Part shown: positions 23,818 through 35,974 of the stretch, piece by piece
Position numbering within the stretch: position 1 is the stretch's first letter
Layout: every line of letters starts with the position of its first letter
Assembly: GCF_963921235.1 (NCBI RefSeq)
Contig: NC_086110.1
Span: 15,624,001-15,688,000, forward strand
Direction: 5' to 3'
Length of the DNA: 64,000 nucleotides
From: Mobula hypostoma
Lineage: Eukaryota
Notes under the pieces: model-generated
Database searches by the model: none
Seen by the model: the letters and a program-made list of their open reading frames with translations, nothing else
Told to the model about the DNA's origin: nothing
Made by a program: the position numbers and the translations under genes

Positions 23818-24702
23818 CATTTTTGCAGATGACACCAAGGTTGGGGTTGTAGTGGCTGCGAGGAAGGCTATCACCAGGATCTGGATCAGCTGGAAAAATG
23901 GGCTGAAAAATGGCAGATGGAATTTAAAAAGGACAAGTGTGAGATATTGCACTTCAGTAGAATCATTCAGAGTAGGTCTTACATAGTGAACAGTAAGGCA
24001 ATGAAGAGTGTGGTAGAACAAAGAGATCTAGGAATACAAGCCCTTAAATAATTGAAAGTGGTATCACAGCTTGATAGGGTCATAAAGAAAGTTTTTGGCA
24101 CATTGTCCTTCATAAATCAAAGTATTGAGTACAGAAGATAGGATGTTATGTTGAAGTTATATTAGACACTAACGAGGCCTAATTTGGAGTATTGTGTGCA
24201 GTTTTGATCACCTACATACAGGAAAGATGTAAATAAGATTGAAAGAGTGCGGAGAAATTTTCAAGGCTGATACCAGGTCTTGAGGACCTGAGTCACAAGG
24301 AAAGATTAAACAGGTTAGAACTTTATTCCTTGGAACATAGAATATTGAGAGGAGATTTGATAGAGGTATACAAAATTATGAGGGATATAGATAAAGTAAA
24401 TGCAAAAAGGCTTTTTCCGCTGAGGTTGGTGAGACTACAACCAGAGGTCATGGGGACCATGAGGGGAAACTTCTTCACTCAGAGGGTCATGAGAGTGTGG
24501 AATGAGCTGCCAGCATAAGTAATGCATGTGAGCTCAATTTCAATGTGTAAGAGAAGTTTGGACAGGTACATGGATGGTTGGGATATGGAGGGCTATGGTC
24601 CCAGTGGAGGTCAATGATAATAGTCAGTTTAAATGGTTCAGCATGGAATAGGTGGGCCGAAGGGCCTGTTTCTCTGCTGTACCTTTCTACGACTCTATGA
24701 CT
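23818..24702 (+). mobile_element. CR1-type LINE RT C-terminus + 3' end
   Basis: FADDTKVG; RPNLEYCVQF; LRGDLIEVYKIMRDIDKV..FFTQRVMRVWNELP; (ctatgact)-like tail. Confidence 0.85.
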
Positions 24703-25366
24703 GTACATGAGGCGGTGAATGATGGGCCTGGATGGAATGGGGACTTTGAAGCCATCGTGATTCCACACTGAACATAATCGCACATCAAATCTAGAAGTCA
24801 GGGCAAAGTTTCACTGGGCCTCTAGCACCCTTCGAATAATGATGCCTGCAGCAATCAGCAATAATTAACTTGCTGCCGGAGAGAGGGAAATGCAGGGGAG
24901 CCTTCGCACTTTTGAATGGATTATTCAACTTTGTGGCATCAAGAACCAGTTAGAGCTTGATTTCCCAGGATGTCAGCAGTCAAATCTATCCTTTGGAGCC
25001 AAATCTATATTGCATAGTAATTGTCATCAAAATCTGTCTACCCTTTGTACTCTGGAGGTACATACTACTGATGAGGTAAAGCTCTCACCAACTCTACAGT
25101 ATCTGTTAGTGTGTCCATGTCTATCAGGCACAATGTTGAAACTGTTATGGTTCGAAAAAATAGTTATGTTATATTAATGTCCTGTCTACATTTAATAGCA
25201 TTGGTCTCATTCTATTTTCTGTTTACTTAGATTTAATATTTAAATAATTTCAACTAACTTTTGATTCTTAATTGTGATGTGTGTTGAAATGAAAAGCTTT
25301 TTTCACTGGGCCAGAGTACATGTAAAGTGCCAAATGTTTGCAAAACTGGACATTTCACAGTGCTCA

Positions 25367-25576
25367 TCAAAGTTGCTGGTGAACGCAGCAGGCCAGGCAG
25401 CATCTCTAGGAAGAGGTACAGTCGACGTTTTGGGCCGAGACCCTTTGTCAGGACGGTCTCGGCCCGAAACATTGACTGTACCTCTTCCTAGAGATGCTGC
25501 CTGGCCTGCTGCATTCACCAGCAACTTTGATGTGTGTTGCTTGAATTTCCAGCATCTGCAGAATTCCTGTTGTTTG
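25367..25576. mobile_element. Young Penelope-derived palindromic mini-element; 16-bp TSD
   Basis: Near-perfect ~78-bp inverted arms around tttgtcaggac; catttcacagtgctca at 25351-25366 and 25577-25592; arm sequence matches the 3' end of Penelope 44686-46530. Confidence 0.9.
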
Positions 25577-25729
25577 CATTTCACAGTGCTCACTGTTTCC
25601 CACATCCTTTTTCTCAAAATGCTTCGGTGCTGCGAATTCTAGGCAGTACCAACGGCTAATTTTGGAGCATGGGGAAATGAGACATCAGCAAGTGGTGACA
25701 CCAACAGCATGCCTCCTTATGTAATGATA

Positions 25730-25995
25730 TCTGCGGCTTGATGTGGAAAGGGAGCATAGGGATACTTGCATTCATTAGCCATGGCCGAGGAAATAAGAGC
25801 AGGCTGAGTCTAGTACATCTTTCTGAACAGCTTTCCGCAGTTCTGGTTGCAAACAATGCAGGATACGACTGCACTGGAGAGGGTGCAGCGGATATTCACC
25901 AGAACGTTGCCTAGCTTTGAGGGTTTTGGTAACAGGGAGACTTTGGGTTTGCTTTTCTTGGTGTGCAGAAGCCTGAATGGGATCTGTGAAGGGCA
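25730..25995 (+). mobile_element. Decayed CR1 fragment
   Basis: ALERVQRIFTRTLP motif. Confidence 0.55.
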
Positions 25996-26229
25996 GATTG
26001 TGACAAATCTTAAAGAGGTGTCTGAACCATTGGTCACAGAAGTCTACGGACCAAGGGATATAAGCTGGCTTGTATTGAAAGAATGATAGAAGGTATGATA
26101 TATAAAAAAACCGTAAGCATGAGAAGGAGGTTGAAAGACAAAACCGAATGGGTAACCAGATACAGAAACAAATACAAAAAGAAAACCTTAAAAATTCAAA
26201 ATGTTGTATTTTCAAGTATCTGATGTTAA

Positions 26230-26375
26230 TTCAAACTTCAAGGTAAATTTATTATCAAAATACATATATGTCACCGTATACAACCCTGATGTTCATTTTC
26301 TTGTGGGCATTCTCAGTACAACAAAGAAATAGAATGGAATCTTTGAAAAAAGACTGACAAACAACCAATGTGCAT
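26230..26375 (-). mobile_element. Rex1/Babar 3' tail
   Basis: ttcaaggtaaatttattatcaaaatacatatatgtcaccgtatacaaccctga. Confidence 0.6.
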
Positions 26376-27094
26376 GTGTAATTATCCACGTGAAGAAATG
26401 AGACCATACAATTTAAACATTTCCATTTTGTGGGGGCCAGAATATTGGTAAGCGCTATATGAACAATTATGTTGGTGAAAGTTGCTTGTGGTCTAAATTG
26501 CCAGCCTTAACTTTCCGCTGCAAATAGAATGGACAATTAACGTGCAAAGCCAGTGACGTGTGAGTGGCAGATATCGGCTGCAAAGCAGCAGAAGAGCAGA
26601 ATAAATCAGCCAACAGATTGTGCAAATTCAGAACCAGTAGCTTAGCTTTTATGTTGTTGGCTGCAATGCACTTTAATGTGTTCACGAAGCAGGTTCTGAA
26701 AGCTTCCTTAATAAAATATAACATTCCCCCAACTAGTGCAAAGCCTAAGCCAGTGAGTAATCAGGGAGAAGAAGGAGCATTCAGGATGGTCTGAGATCCT
26801 CAAGTAAATCTATTGAGAATATCTGGGAGTTTAGTGAAAACAAGGTTAAATTGTCCATCACCTCTCATACAATCTGCCTACCTGACACAAAAAGTAGCTC
26901 TTTTCCCATCTGAGGCAGAGCCTACAGATCAGATATCAGAATCTTCAGTCTCCACGGAAATGGTATGAAAGCAAGTTTTCCTCAACTCCAGAGGACAATC
27001 TAAATAATAATATGGTCTCCATTGTCAAAATGCTGTGAAGCTCAACAGCATAAATGCACATCATTTAGATTTAAAAGTAGTAACAAAAACAAAA

Positions 27095-27200
27095 TTGAGA
27101 TTGGGGCTGAGAGGGAAAATGGATCAGCCATGATGAAATGGCAGAGTGGACTTAATGGGCCAAATGGCCTAATTCTGCTCCTAAACCTTATTCTTTTATC
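27095..27200 (+). mobile_element. CR1-type 3' tail
   Basis: gagattggggctgagagggaaaatggatcagccatgatgaaatggcag..gggccaaatggcctaattctgctcc. Confidence 0.65.
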
Positions 27201-27204
27201 GTCT

Positions 27205-27425
27205 AAAATGCTGGGGGAACTCAGCAGGTCAAGCAGCGTCTGTGAAAAGGAATAAACAGTTGACGTTTCGGGCTAATACCCTTCCTCAGGACTGGATGAA
27301 GGATCTCCACCTCAAACATTGACTGTTTATTCCTTTCCACAGATGCTGCCTGACCTGCCGAGTTCTTCCAGCATTTTGTGCATGTTATGCTGGATTTCCA
27401 GCATTTGCAGAATCTCTTGTGTTTA
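27205..27425. mobile_element. Penelope-derived palindromic mini-element with hammerhead
   Basis: Inverted arms aaaatgctgg..aaacagttgacgttt / aaacattgactgtttattcc..ccagcatttt; longer right arm. Confidence 0.8.
27257..27294 (-). ncRNA. Minimal type I hammerhead ribozyme motif
   Basis: cagtc-CTGAGGA-a-gggt atta gccc-GAAAC-GTC-aactg. Confidence 0.65.
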
Positions 27426-28176
27426 TTGTTTATGATTAAAATACATTTTCAAAATTCCTCAAATTATTCCAAAACTGAAACTTATTTTCTAAGCTTTTCC
27501 ATTTATCCTGTATTTATTCACTCCCACCTACATAGGAAAATACACAGGTAACATTTAACTCTGCAAAGGGTGTGCGGTAGTGATGGAACCGCATTCTGTT
27601 TAGGAACCTTTCCAGTAACATAGCACAGAGTTTGGCTTGTCTTCTGTGACACTCAGCTCAGTAATTTCCTCTCTGAGTTCTGAAATAAGCTGAGAATAAA
27701 GATCAACTCCACCTTATCTTCCTGTTCCTCACCACAGCCACGTTCTGTAGAATGTCTCCTTTTCTCAACGTGCAGCAATTTATTCATCCTACATGTGTTT
27801 GCATTATTGAGAGAAACAGCGTGACAGAAAAAAAAATTGTGAAAGGCTTGCAGTTACTTATCCCCTGGACACCCCTCAAACAGCAGTTGCTTCATGGGTG
27901 AGCGTGCTGCGGCCATTTGAATGGAGTTGCCATTTTCCAAACTGAAGGTGTGTTCACCGTGTAATGCGATTTGTGCCTGGCAAGCTGTGACAAACAACAA
28001 CAAACTGATAACCAGTTTTAGGTGTTGGTCCAGTCACCAATTTGAGACCAGGATATTGGTACTACTCTTGCATATTGGTGCCATGAAGGTTCTATACTCA
28101 TTTGAGAGAGCACATGCAGCCACATTTTAATGCTTCGTTAAAAAGGTGGCTGTATTTCTTCAGTACTGCATGGTCA

Positions 28177-28410
28177 TGAGATTCTGCAGGTGCTGAAACC
28201 TTGAGCAACACAAACAAAATGCTAGAGGAACTCAGCAGGTTAGACAGCATTTATGGAAGGAAATGAACAGTTGCGTCTCAGCCAGAAACCCTTCATTAGG
28301 ACTGGAAAGGAAGGGAGCAGAAGCCAGTCCTGATGAAATATCTTGACCTGGAACGTCAACTGTTCTTTTCCCTCCATAGATAGTGCCCAACTAACTGAGT
28401 TTCTCAACAT
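28177..28410. mobile_element. Older Penelope-derived palindromic element
   Basis: gagattctgcagg..gaggaactcagcagg..cccttcattaggactgg / ccagtcctgatgaaa..gaacgtcaactg..ctgagtt. Confidence 0.65.
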
Positions 28411-28509
28411 ACGTTAGGCATTTACTTCTCTATAGAAGGTTCACCAAGCCATATCTTGTTTTATGGTGCAACATATATGTATATAATTGAACATTTCTTT
28501 ATCTTTTTA

Positions 28510-28730
28510 GAGATATAGCATGATTAAAGGCCCTTTTGTCCCAGTGAGGCCTCGTTGCTCAATTACACCCATGTGACAATTAACCTGCTCACCCCTTCAT
28601 CTTTGGAATGTGGGAGAAAACTGGTGGACGTGAAGGAAACCCATGCGGTCTCATACAAACTCCTGACGTATGGCAGCGGGATTTGAGTCTGGTTTTGGTA
28701 ATAGCGTTATGCAAACCACTCCGCTGCTGT
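28510..28730 (-). mobile_element. V-domain SINE fragment
   Basis: caattacacccatgtgacaattaacc..ctttggaatgtgggagaaaactgg..ggaaaccca. Confidence 0.65.
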
Positions 28731-29419
28731 GCCTCCCTATTACAGTACTTGACCCGGTCACACTTTCGAGCGAAGTTCCATCTTTGCCAATTCTAGGGCT
28801 CACTGGTTTATGCCTTTGTTCACCAGTCACATGGCTGAGACCCTGAGAAAGTCCAGTGCTTTTGAAAGCTTCAAGCCGCCTCTCTCTGGAATGCTACTCA
28901 CTTGCTTTTTCCTTTACCACCAGGATTGCAATGTGAGCTTTTAGTGGGGGTGCAGGCACTGATTCCTATTTGATCATTTGATGGGTGAGTCACAGCCACA
29001 TGACTCATGTCTGCCATTAGCTCTGGCAAACCAGGCAAAGTTTCCCTCCCATTAGCACAGGTAGTACCAGAGGCTTATTGGATGGTTCCCAACAAAGCAT
29101 AGGGAATGGAGACTCATTCTAGACCTAGAATATCCCGGTGATTCTTCTTGAATATCCTTCTTTCCAACTTTATTTGGCAAATACATTTACATAGAATGGC
29201 ATGCAAAAATCTAGGCACCCCAGTCAAAATTTCTGTTTTTGTGAATAACTAGGTGCGTAAAAGATGAAACGATTTCCAAAAGGTATAAAGTTAAAGATGA
29301 CACACTTCTTTAATATTTTAAGCAAGAAAACTTTTTTATTTCCCTCATTTACAGTTTCAAAATAACAAAAAAGGAAAAGGGCCCAAAGCAAAAGTTTGGG
29401 CACCCTGCATGGTCAGTAC

Positions 29420-29967
<548 letters not shown>

Positions 29968-31155
29968 CAAAAGGTTCAAAGGAACATCTAAACAAGCCTG
30001 ATGCATTTTGGAAACAAGTCCTGTGGACTGATGAAGTTAAAATAGAACTTTTTGGCCGCAATGAGCAAAGGTATGTTTGGAGAAAAAAGGGTGCAGAATT
30101 TCATGAAAAGAACCCCTCTCCAACTGTTAAGCAAGGGGGTAGATCGATCATGCTTTGGACTTGTGCTGCAGCCAGTGGCACAGGGAACATTTCATCATTC
30201 GTCCATCGTCGACATCGATAAGGACCTCGACACCATCGTAATGGTGTCAAGACTAGCGCGTGATTTGGATTTAAGTGAGGGAGAGTTGTGTAGCGTTAGC
30301 CTCACTCTCTCTTCCCAATTCCCATCTGGATCCAGTGGCAAGACAGAGTTTAGACAGCTGGAGATGGGACTAGGCACAGTGGATGACCAGGAAGTCTTCT
30401 GTGTCTTGTCCTGCTCTACACGTTCCACGACGCTCACAGAGACCGCCTTCTTGACCGTTGGACTTTCCATTGGTCTCGTCCGCTCAGTCCGCTGGAGTCT
30501 GTCTTCACATGCTGGGATAGACAACTCCCTATCTCACCGAGGGTTTGAGACCCATTGGCTACTCTCACCCGGTTCAGCCGGCTTTTCGAAGCTGTTGCCC
30601 GGGGTGTCGCCGCTGTCGCATGCAAACAGCCATAGGTGAGAGCTGAGTGCCAGGTGGGGACCGAAGGTGGACAAACCGCCTGAAAAGTACGTGACATGTT
30701 CCCCCACCAGAGGTGCTACCCCTCCCTGACACCCCATACACACCAACGGGGAACATTTACTGATAGAGGGAAGAATGAATTCGATTAAATACCAGCAAAT
30801 TCCGGAACACCACACCGTCTGTAAAAAAGCCGAAGATGAAAAGAGGATGGGGCTTCTACAACAGGATAACGAACCTAAACACACCTCAAAATCCACAATG
30901 GACTACCTCGAGAGGCACAAGCTGAAGGTTTTGCCATGGCCCTCACAGTCCCCTGACCTAAACATCATCAAGAATCTGTGGATAGACCTCAAAAGAGCAG
31001 TGCATGCAAGACGGCCTAAGAATCTCACAGAACTAGAAGCCTTTTGCAAGGAAGAATGGGTGAAAATCACCCAAACAAGAATTGAAAGTCTCTTAGCTGT
31101 CTGCAAAAAGCATTTACAAGCTGTGATACTTGCCAAAGGGGGTGTTACTAAGTAC
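29968..31155 (+). pseudogene. Tc1 transposase catalytic-domain fragment (right arm), interrupted at 30193-30748
   Basis: FWKQVLWTDEVKIELFG..TVKQGGRSIMLW; resumes [34 protein letters not shown]. Confidence 0.85.
30193..30748 (-). mobile_element. RTE-derived SINE-like element; 10-bp TSD
   Basis: gggaacattt at 30183-30192 and 30749-30758; absent from the mirror arm; minus strand starts ggggtgtcagggaggggtagcacctctggtg and ends in gatg repeats. Confidence 0.75.
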
Positions 31156-31424
31156 CGACCATGCAGGGTGCCCAAACTTTTGCTTCAGGCCCTTTTCCTT
31201 TTTTGTTATTTTGAAACTGTAAATGAGGGAAATAAAAAAAGTTCTCTTGCTTAAAATATTAAAGAAATGTGTCATCTTTAACTTTATGCCTTTTGGAAAT
31301 CAGTTCAACTTTTACTCGCTTAGCTATTCACAGTAACAGAAATTTTGACCAGGGTGCCCAAACCTTTGCATGCCACTGTATATTAGGGAACTGCGTATTA
31401 GGGATGTTGGTCAGGACACGAGCT

Positions 31425-31955
31425 GCAACAAAAAACAGCATTCAACAATTATAAAGAAGGAAAAATTATATAAAAAATAAAATTAAACTACGGATATGGA
31501 ATACAATATGCATAAATATATAAATACCAGCATATATTTATAATAGCACTATAATAAGTGGTTTAAAGTGTTTACAGTGCAGTGCACTGACTGAGGAAAT
31601 AGATAGAGGGGGAATGGGGAGGGGGTGCTAACTAGAATGGTTAACTGCTTGGGGGAAGAAACTTTGAAGTTGATGTGAAGTTTTTTGTTTCAGTAGCTCT
31701 ACAGCACTTTCCTGAAGGGAGCTTTTGGAAAAAGGCAACATGCAGGGTGGGTGGTGGCTGCAATGCTTTTACCTGCCCACTTCTTTGTCCTGGACAGATA
31801 CAAGCCCTGCAGTGATGTAGACTGCCCATGACCATTTCTGCCATCCTGACAGTTCGCTGGTGATTTCGTACGTTGTGAGTGGATGCTGCACCAAAACAGA
31901 GAGTACTGGCTGACGTGAGGATGCTCTCTATGATGGCAGTGTAGAATTGCACCAG
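31425..31955 (-). mobile_element. Rex1/Babar-type LINE 3' fragment
   Basis: ORF 31641-31952 FYTAIIESILTSASTLCFGA..LPSGK. Confidence 0.75.
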
Positions 31956-32894
31956 TAAGTTCTGGGGAAGTTGGAATTTTTACCAATCACATATCATTTT
32001 GAATTGGAAATATATCTTCATTCCTTCACCACTGTTGGGTGTAAATCTGGGTCTCCTGAAGGCAGTAGCTTTGACAGACAAATTAATGAGGTTCTACAGA
32101 GCAGGTTAGTAATGGCTAGACAGCTGAGAAAACAGTCCTATTTCTCTGGTGTGAGTGTCAGATATTTATGTCCCTAAGCATTGTCAATGAAAGCACTTAG
32201 GGTTGCAAGAAGCATTAAGGCAGCAGAGTTCCCTTGAGCTATCACTGAGTCCCATCCAGTTCCTTTGACTTGCTTCTTCCATATGCCTTCCCACACAAGC
32301 TGACACACAGCACAGACATGTCCACAATTAGTATCTCTGTGAGAAAGCTCGGCTGGGAAGAATCATTTGGAAACAGCAAGCACGCAACAGCTTTTTCTGC
32401 CTTTATAGGTCAGGAACCATGTAGCCTCATAAGCCATAGCCTTCCCAGTGCAATGTAGATGCAAAGCGTTTGAAAAATCCTTATGTTTTGACACTAGGAG
32501 TGCATATGTCTTTGCTCTGCAACAGTCATTTAATCACCAATATAAGGAAATTTGGATAATTATGTTTTAGATGCTATAATGTTCCATTGTTTAAAAAAAA
32601 CGGCATGTTTTATAGCCTGCTGTGAGCAATGCTTTGGGACATTTGCTAGTTATGTAATGGAAGAAATACTGCACATATTTTTTTGACTGTTGGTGTTCTG
32701 ACTGTTGCATCTGTCACTTCTATTTCACACTTAAAAATAACTCCAAAATCATAGACAGTCATTTGGAATGCAACCAAAACACACAGAGAGCAGAAAACGT
32801 CAGTCAGAATACTTGCACTCTGACCTGTGTTAATTGTTTTGTCTGTTGCCCGGCCCCAGTAAATTCACTAATGTTCACTTTGTCTGCACTGAAG

Positions 32895-33035
32895 TCCCTG
32901 GATGGGAATTCTGGAACAACACCACCATGCTGATCACAGCGATTCAGCTAGGACACATAACTCCACCTTCCCAGGGGCAATTATAGAAAGCAACACATAC
33001 CAAGCTTGCTACAATGCCAATACTCAGAATTTATC
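32895..33035 (+). mobile_element. Old LINE 3' tail (decayed)
   Basis: cagcgattcag..ccaccttcccaggggcaatta..cttgctacaatgcc resembles the tail of an old shark CR1-group LINE (recall). Confidence 0.35.
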
Positions 33036-33377
33036 CATAATTTAAACAAGCCTAGCAGCCTTGAATGGACATTGTTCCAATGGAGAAGGGAAACAATCAG
33101 CTTGTACATGAAATGGCATAAAATGCGTTCTCTCAAAAAAGCAGCACAGCTCTAACTTGTTGCCAATGAAATTACAAACACAAGACTGAGAAAAAAACAC
33201 AAAGAAATAACGATAATCTAAAATAAAATAAGGGAATACACAAATTGGTGTGCGAAGCTGCAAACTGTGCCCAAACACATTCATCTATTAAAACAATATT
33301 AACAGGAATTTTTAAAAAACGTAATGCCAGTTACTTGGCTAGTTTCCTTTAAGAGGAGAAAAAATGTACTTTCATAG

Positions 33378-33797
33378 ACTCAGTGGCCACGTTATTTGAG
33401 TTGCTGTCAGCTTGAACCAGTCTGGCCATTCTCCTCTGACCTCTCTCATTTTCAAGGCATTTTTGATCACAGAACTGGCACTCATTGGATGTTTCTTTTT
33501 TTGCTTTTCACACCAATCTCTGTAAATTCTAGGGACTGTTATGCATGAAAGCACAAGGAGATCAGCAATTACTGAGATACTCAACCCACCCCATCTGGCA
33601 CCAACAATTGTTCTATGGTTAAAGTCACTTAGATCACATTTCTTCCCCATTCTGATGTTTGATCTAAACAACAACTGAACCTCTTGATCGTGTCTGCATG
33701 CTTTCATGCAGTGAGTTTCTGCCAGATGATTGGCTGATTAGATATTTGCAATAACGAGCAGGTATACAGGTGCACCTAATAGAGTGGCTGCTGAGTA
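33378..33797 (-). mobile_element. Non-autonomous Tc1 deletion derivative
   Basis: Ends actcagtggccacgttatt / aatagagtggctgctgagt are inverted; ORF MGKKCDLSDFNHRTIVGARWGGLSISVIADLL = Tc1 N-terminal HTH. Confidence 0.75.
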
Positions 33798-34059
33798 CAT
33801 TGCTTTGTGTATGGTATGCCCTAAACTGTGAAGTGCTTTGCCTTTGATACTCATTGACTTTATTTTTTCAAGAAAACCACACCAGTGAAGTATCGCATTG
33901 ACGTCATGAGCAATCACTCTCACCTCTGGTCTGAAGTTTGTCTCTCTTTTACCTTGTTTAATGTGGTGAAGTCCAATGCCAAATAGAAAAAAAAACAATC
34001 TTACCACTGGTGAGTTAATTATCGGTGAGATAATCTCACTTGATATCACTGCCAATAAC

Positions 34060-34260
34060 ATCTCCCAGAGCTTTGCTGCTGATTGAGAGTGGGCTGATTG
34101 GGCAGTAATTAGGTGGGTAGGACTACTCTCATCTCAGCAGATTGAAGAAACCTTGAACAATTTTCCATAAAGTCGGGTAAATTTGTAACTGCCCTGCTAG
34201 TTCTGCCGAGCATTTGTTCAGGGTTACTGCTCAAGAATAAGATTCAGGGCTTTGTTGGAT
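34060..34260 (-). mobile_element. Highly decayed CR1-group LINE fragment
   Basis: gattgggcagtaatt (NYxPI, minus)..caattttccata..gctagttctg; probably the same family as 35975-37720. Confidence 0.4.
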
Positions 34261-34439
34261 GGACTGATGCAGATCTGAGTGCCCACTCTGAGGGAAAGGA
34301 GAGCACTGCAAGGTAATGATGCACTGGAGTAACTTGGAGAAAGCAGAGTTATGTTGCTAAGGTGATGATCAGATGAGAATAAGGGGAACCATTAGTTGTT
34401 TTGCCTGTTCGGCTTGGGTCATTCAAGTGTTTCCTTTAT

Positions 34440-34802
34440 CCGAGGCTGTGAATCTCTGTGAGTCTGTTAGGGAAGTCAGGGGCCCAATTTCTGCAAATCC
34501 ATGAGTCCTGGGCACCAGAGATGACTGTAGCCTGTCCTGGTGTTAGAGGGCTGTATGTGTGAAGGGGTAGGGAGGGACGCAGGAACCGGGCTTGATTTGC
34601 TGCTGTTGCTTTGTACGTTCTGTTTTGTTGTGTCCCCAGTTGTTCTGCCGAGGATCGGGGGTGTGCTGTGTTTGCACTGGAATATGTGGGGACACTTGCG
34701 AGCTGCCCAGCACTTCCTTGAGTGTGTTGGTCATTAACACAAATTATATACTTCACTGTATGGTTCGATGTACATGTGATAAATAAATCTGAATCTTAAT
34801 CA
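34440..34802 (+). mobile_element. Tail-family element fragment
   Basis: Ends cactgtatggttcgatgtacatgtgataaataaatctgaatc. Confidence 0.65.
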
Positions 34803-35434
34803 GGAATATAGCATGGTTCGCTTGCTCGGACCACTGTGCTCTCTCCAGACATACAGTACGCTCTTGGTGTTACCAGCCTGTTCCTTCCTCCCTCATGAGG
34901 GATCAGTATTTCGCTTTGTCTCCTCACAGTTCCTCATGAGTATCACTGTTTTGACCTTCTGTCTTCCATTACTCCACTTCCTTCTCTTTGTTGCCTAACA
35001 TCAAGCTATTTTAGACTGCATTTTGGTAGCTTCACCTGAAATCCATGAACTTCCACTGGCTCTGTTGATGCTAATTGGACGGCAAATGCATAACTGCCAT
35101 GAAAATATATTTTTCAGCTTAAAGAGTCACTGATAGTCACCTGAGTTTCCCATGCACTGCTGTGTTTTCCATCTCTCTGCTACAATGGGACATTATTACA
35201 TTATACATTATAACTCCTGCATCAGTTAAAACACAGCGTTTTCTATGATTCAGTAGAATTCAGTCAACATCCCCGGAACATAATATGTAGTCATTATGAC
35301 ATTGATCTTTGAACGAGCTTCATGCGGGCAATTAAGACGCCCGTCAATTACGACCGAGATTGCACTGACAGGAAGGAGCTTAGGGACATCCTGAAGATGA
35401 GCCTGCACAAATAGAAGTTTTTATGTTCCTGAAC

Positions 35435-35968
35435 AGCACACACAATTCCGGAAGGAACTCAGCTGGTCAGGCAGCATCTGTGCAAAGGAATAAACAAGTC
35501 AACGTTTTGGGTCGAGACCCTTAATTAGAGACACCCCAAGGCCCTTTATCTTCCTTTTTTTGTGGCAGTGAGGATGAGAACTAGCAGGAGGGAGGGATCT
35601 TAGGTAAAGGGGATTAGTGCTCCAGGCAGCATATGAACTGGAAGAGTCGGTAGCAGGACAACTGAGTGACAGGTCCAAATTGCAAAGGCACATATTGTGA
35701 GGATTTCCTTCCCTCTTTTTCCATTCCCCAGTCTGCCTCTAACCTCTTCTCCTCACCTGCCTATCATCTCTGCCTGGTGCCCCTCTTTCTTCCACTTCTC
35801 CCATTGTCCTCTCTCCTCTCCTTTTCGATTCCTTCTCCTCCAGCCCTTTACCTTTCCCACACACCTGGCTTCAGCTGTTATCCTCTCACTAGTCCTCCTT
35901 CCCCTCCCCCCATCTTTTTTCTGACATCTTCCCACTTCCTTCCAGTCCTGAAGATGGGTCTCGGCTCA
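35435..35968. mobile_element. Penelope remnants (minus 3' end ~35435-35530; plus pyrimidine-rich 3'UTR ~35700-35968)
   Basis: gaactcagctggtcaggcagc..aacgttttgggtcgagaccc; ttccagtcctgaagatgggtctcgg. Confidence 0.6.
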
Positions 35969-35974
35969 TTTATG

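Noticed and set aside
30052-30896. 195-aa and other ORFs across the Tc1 centre
   Set aside because: Chimeric frames running through the non-coding inserted element; no protein motif.
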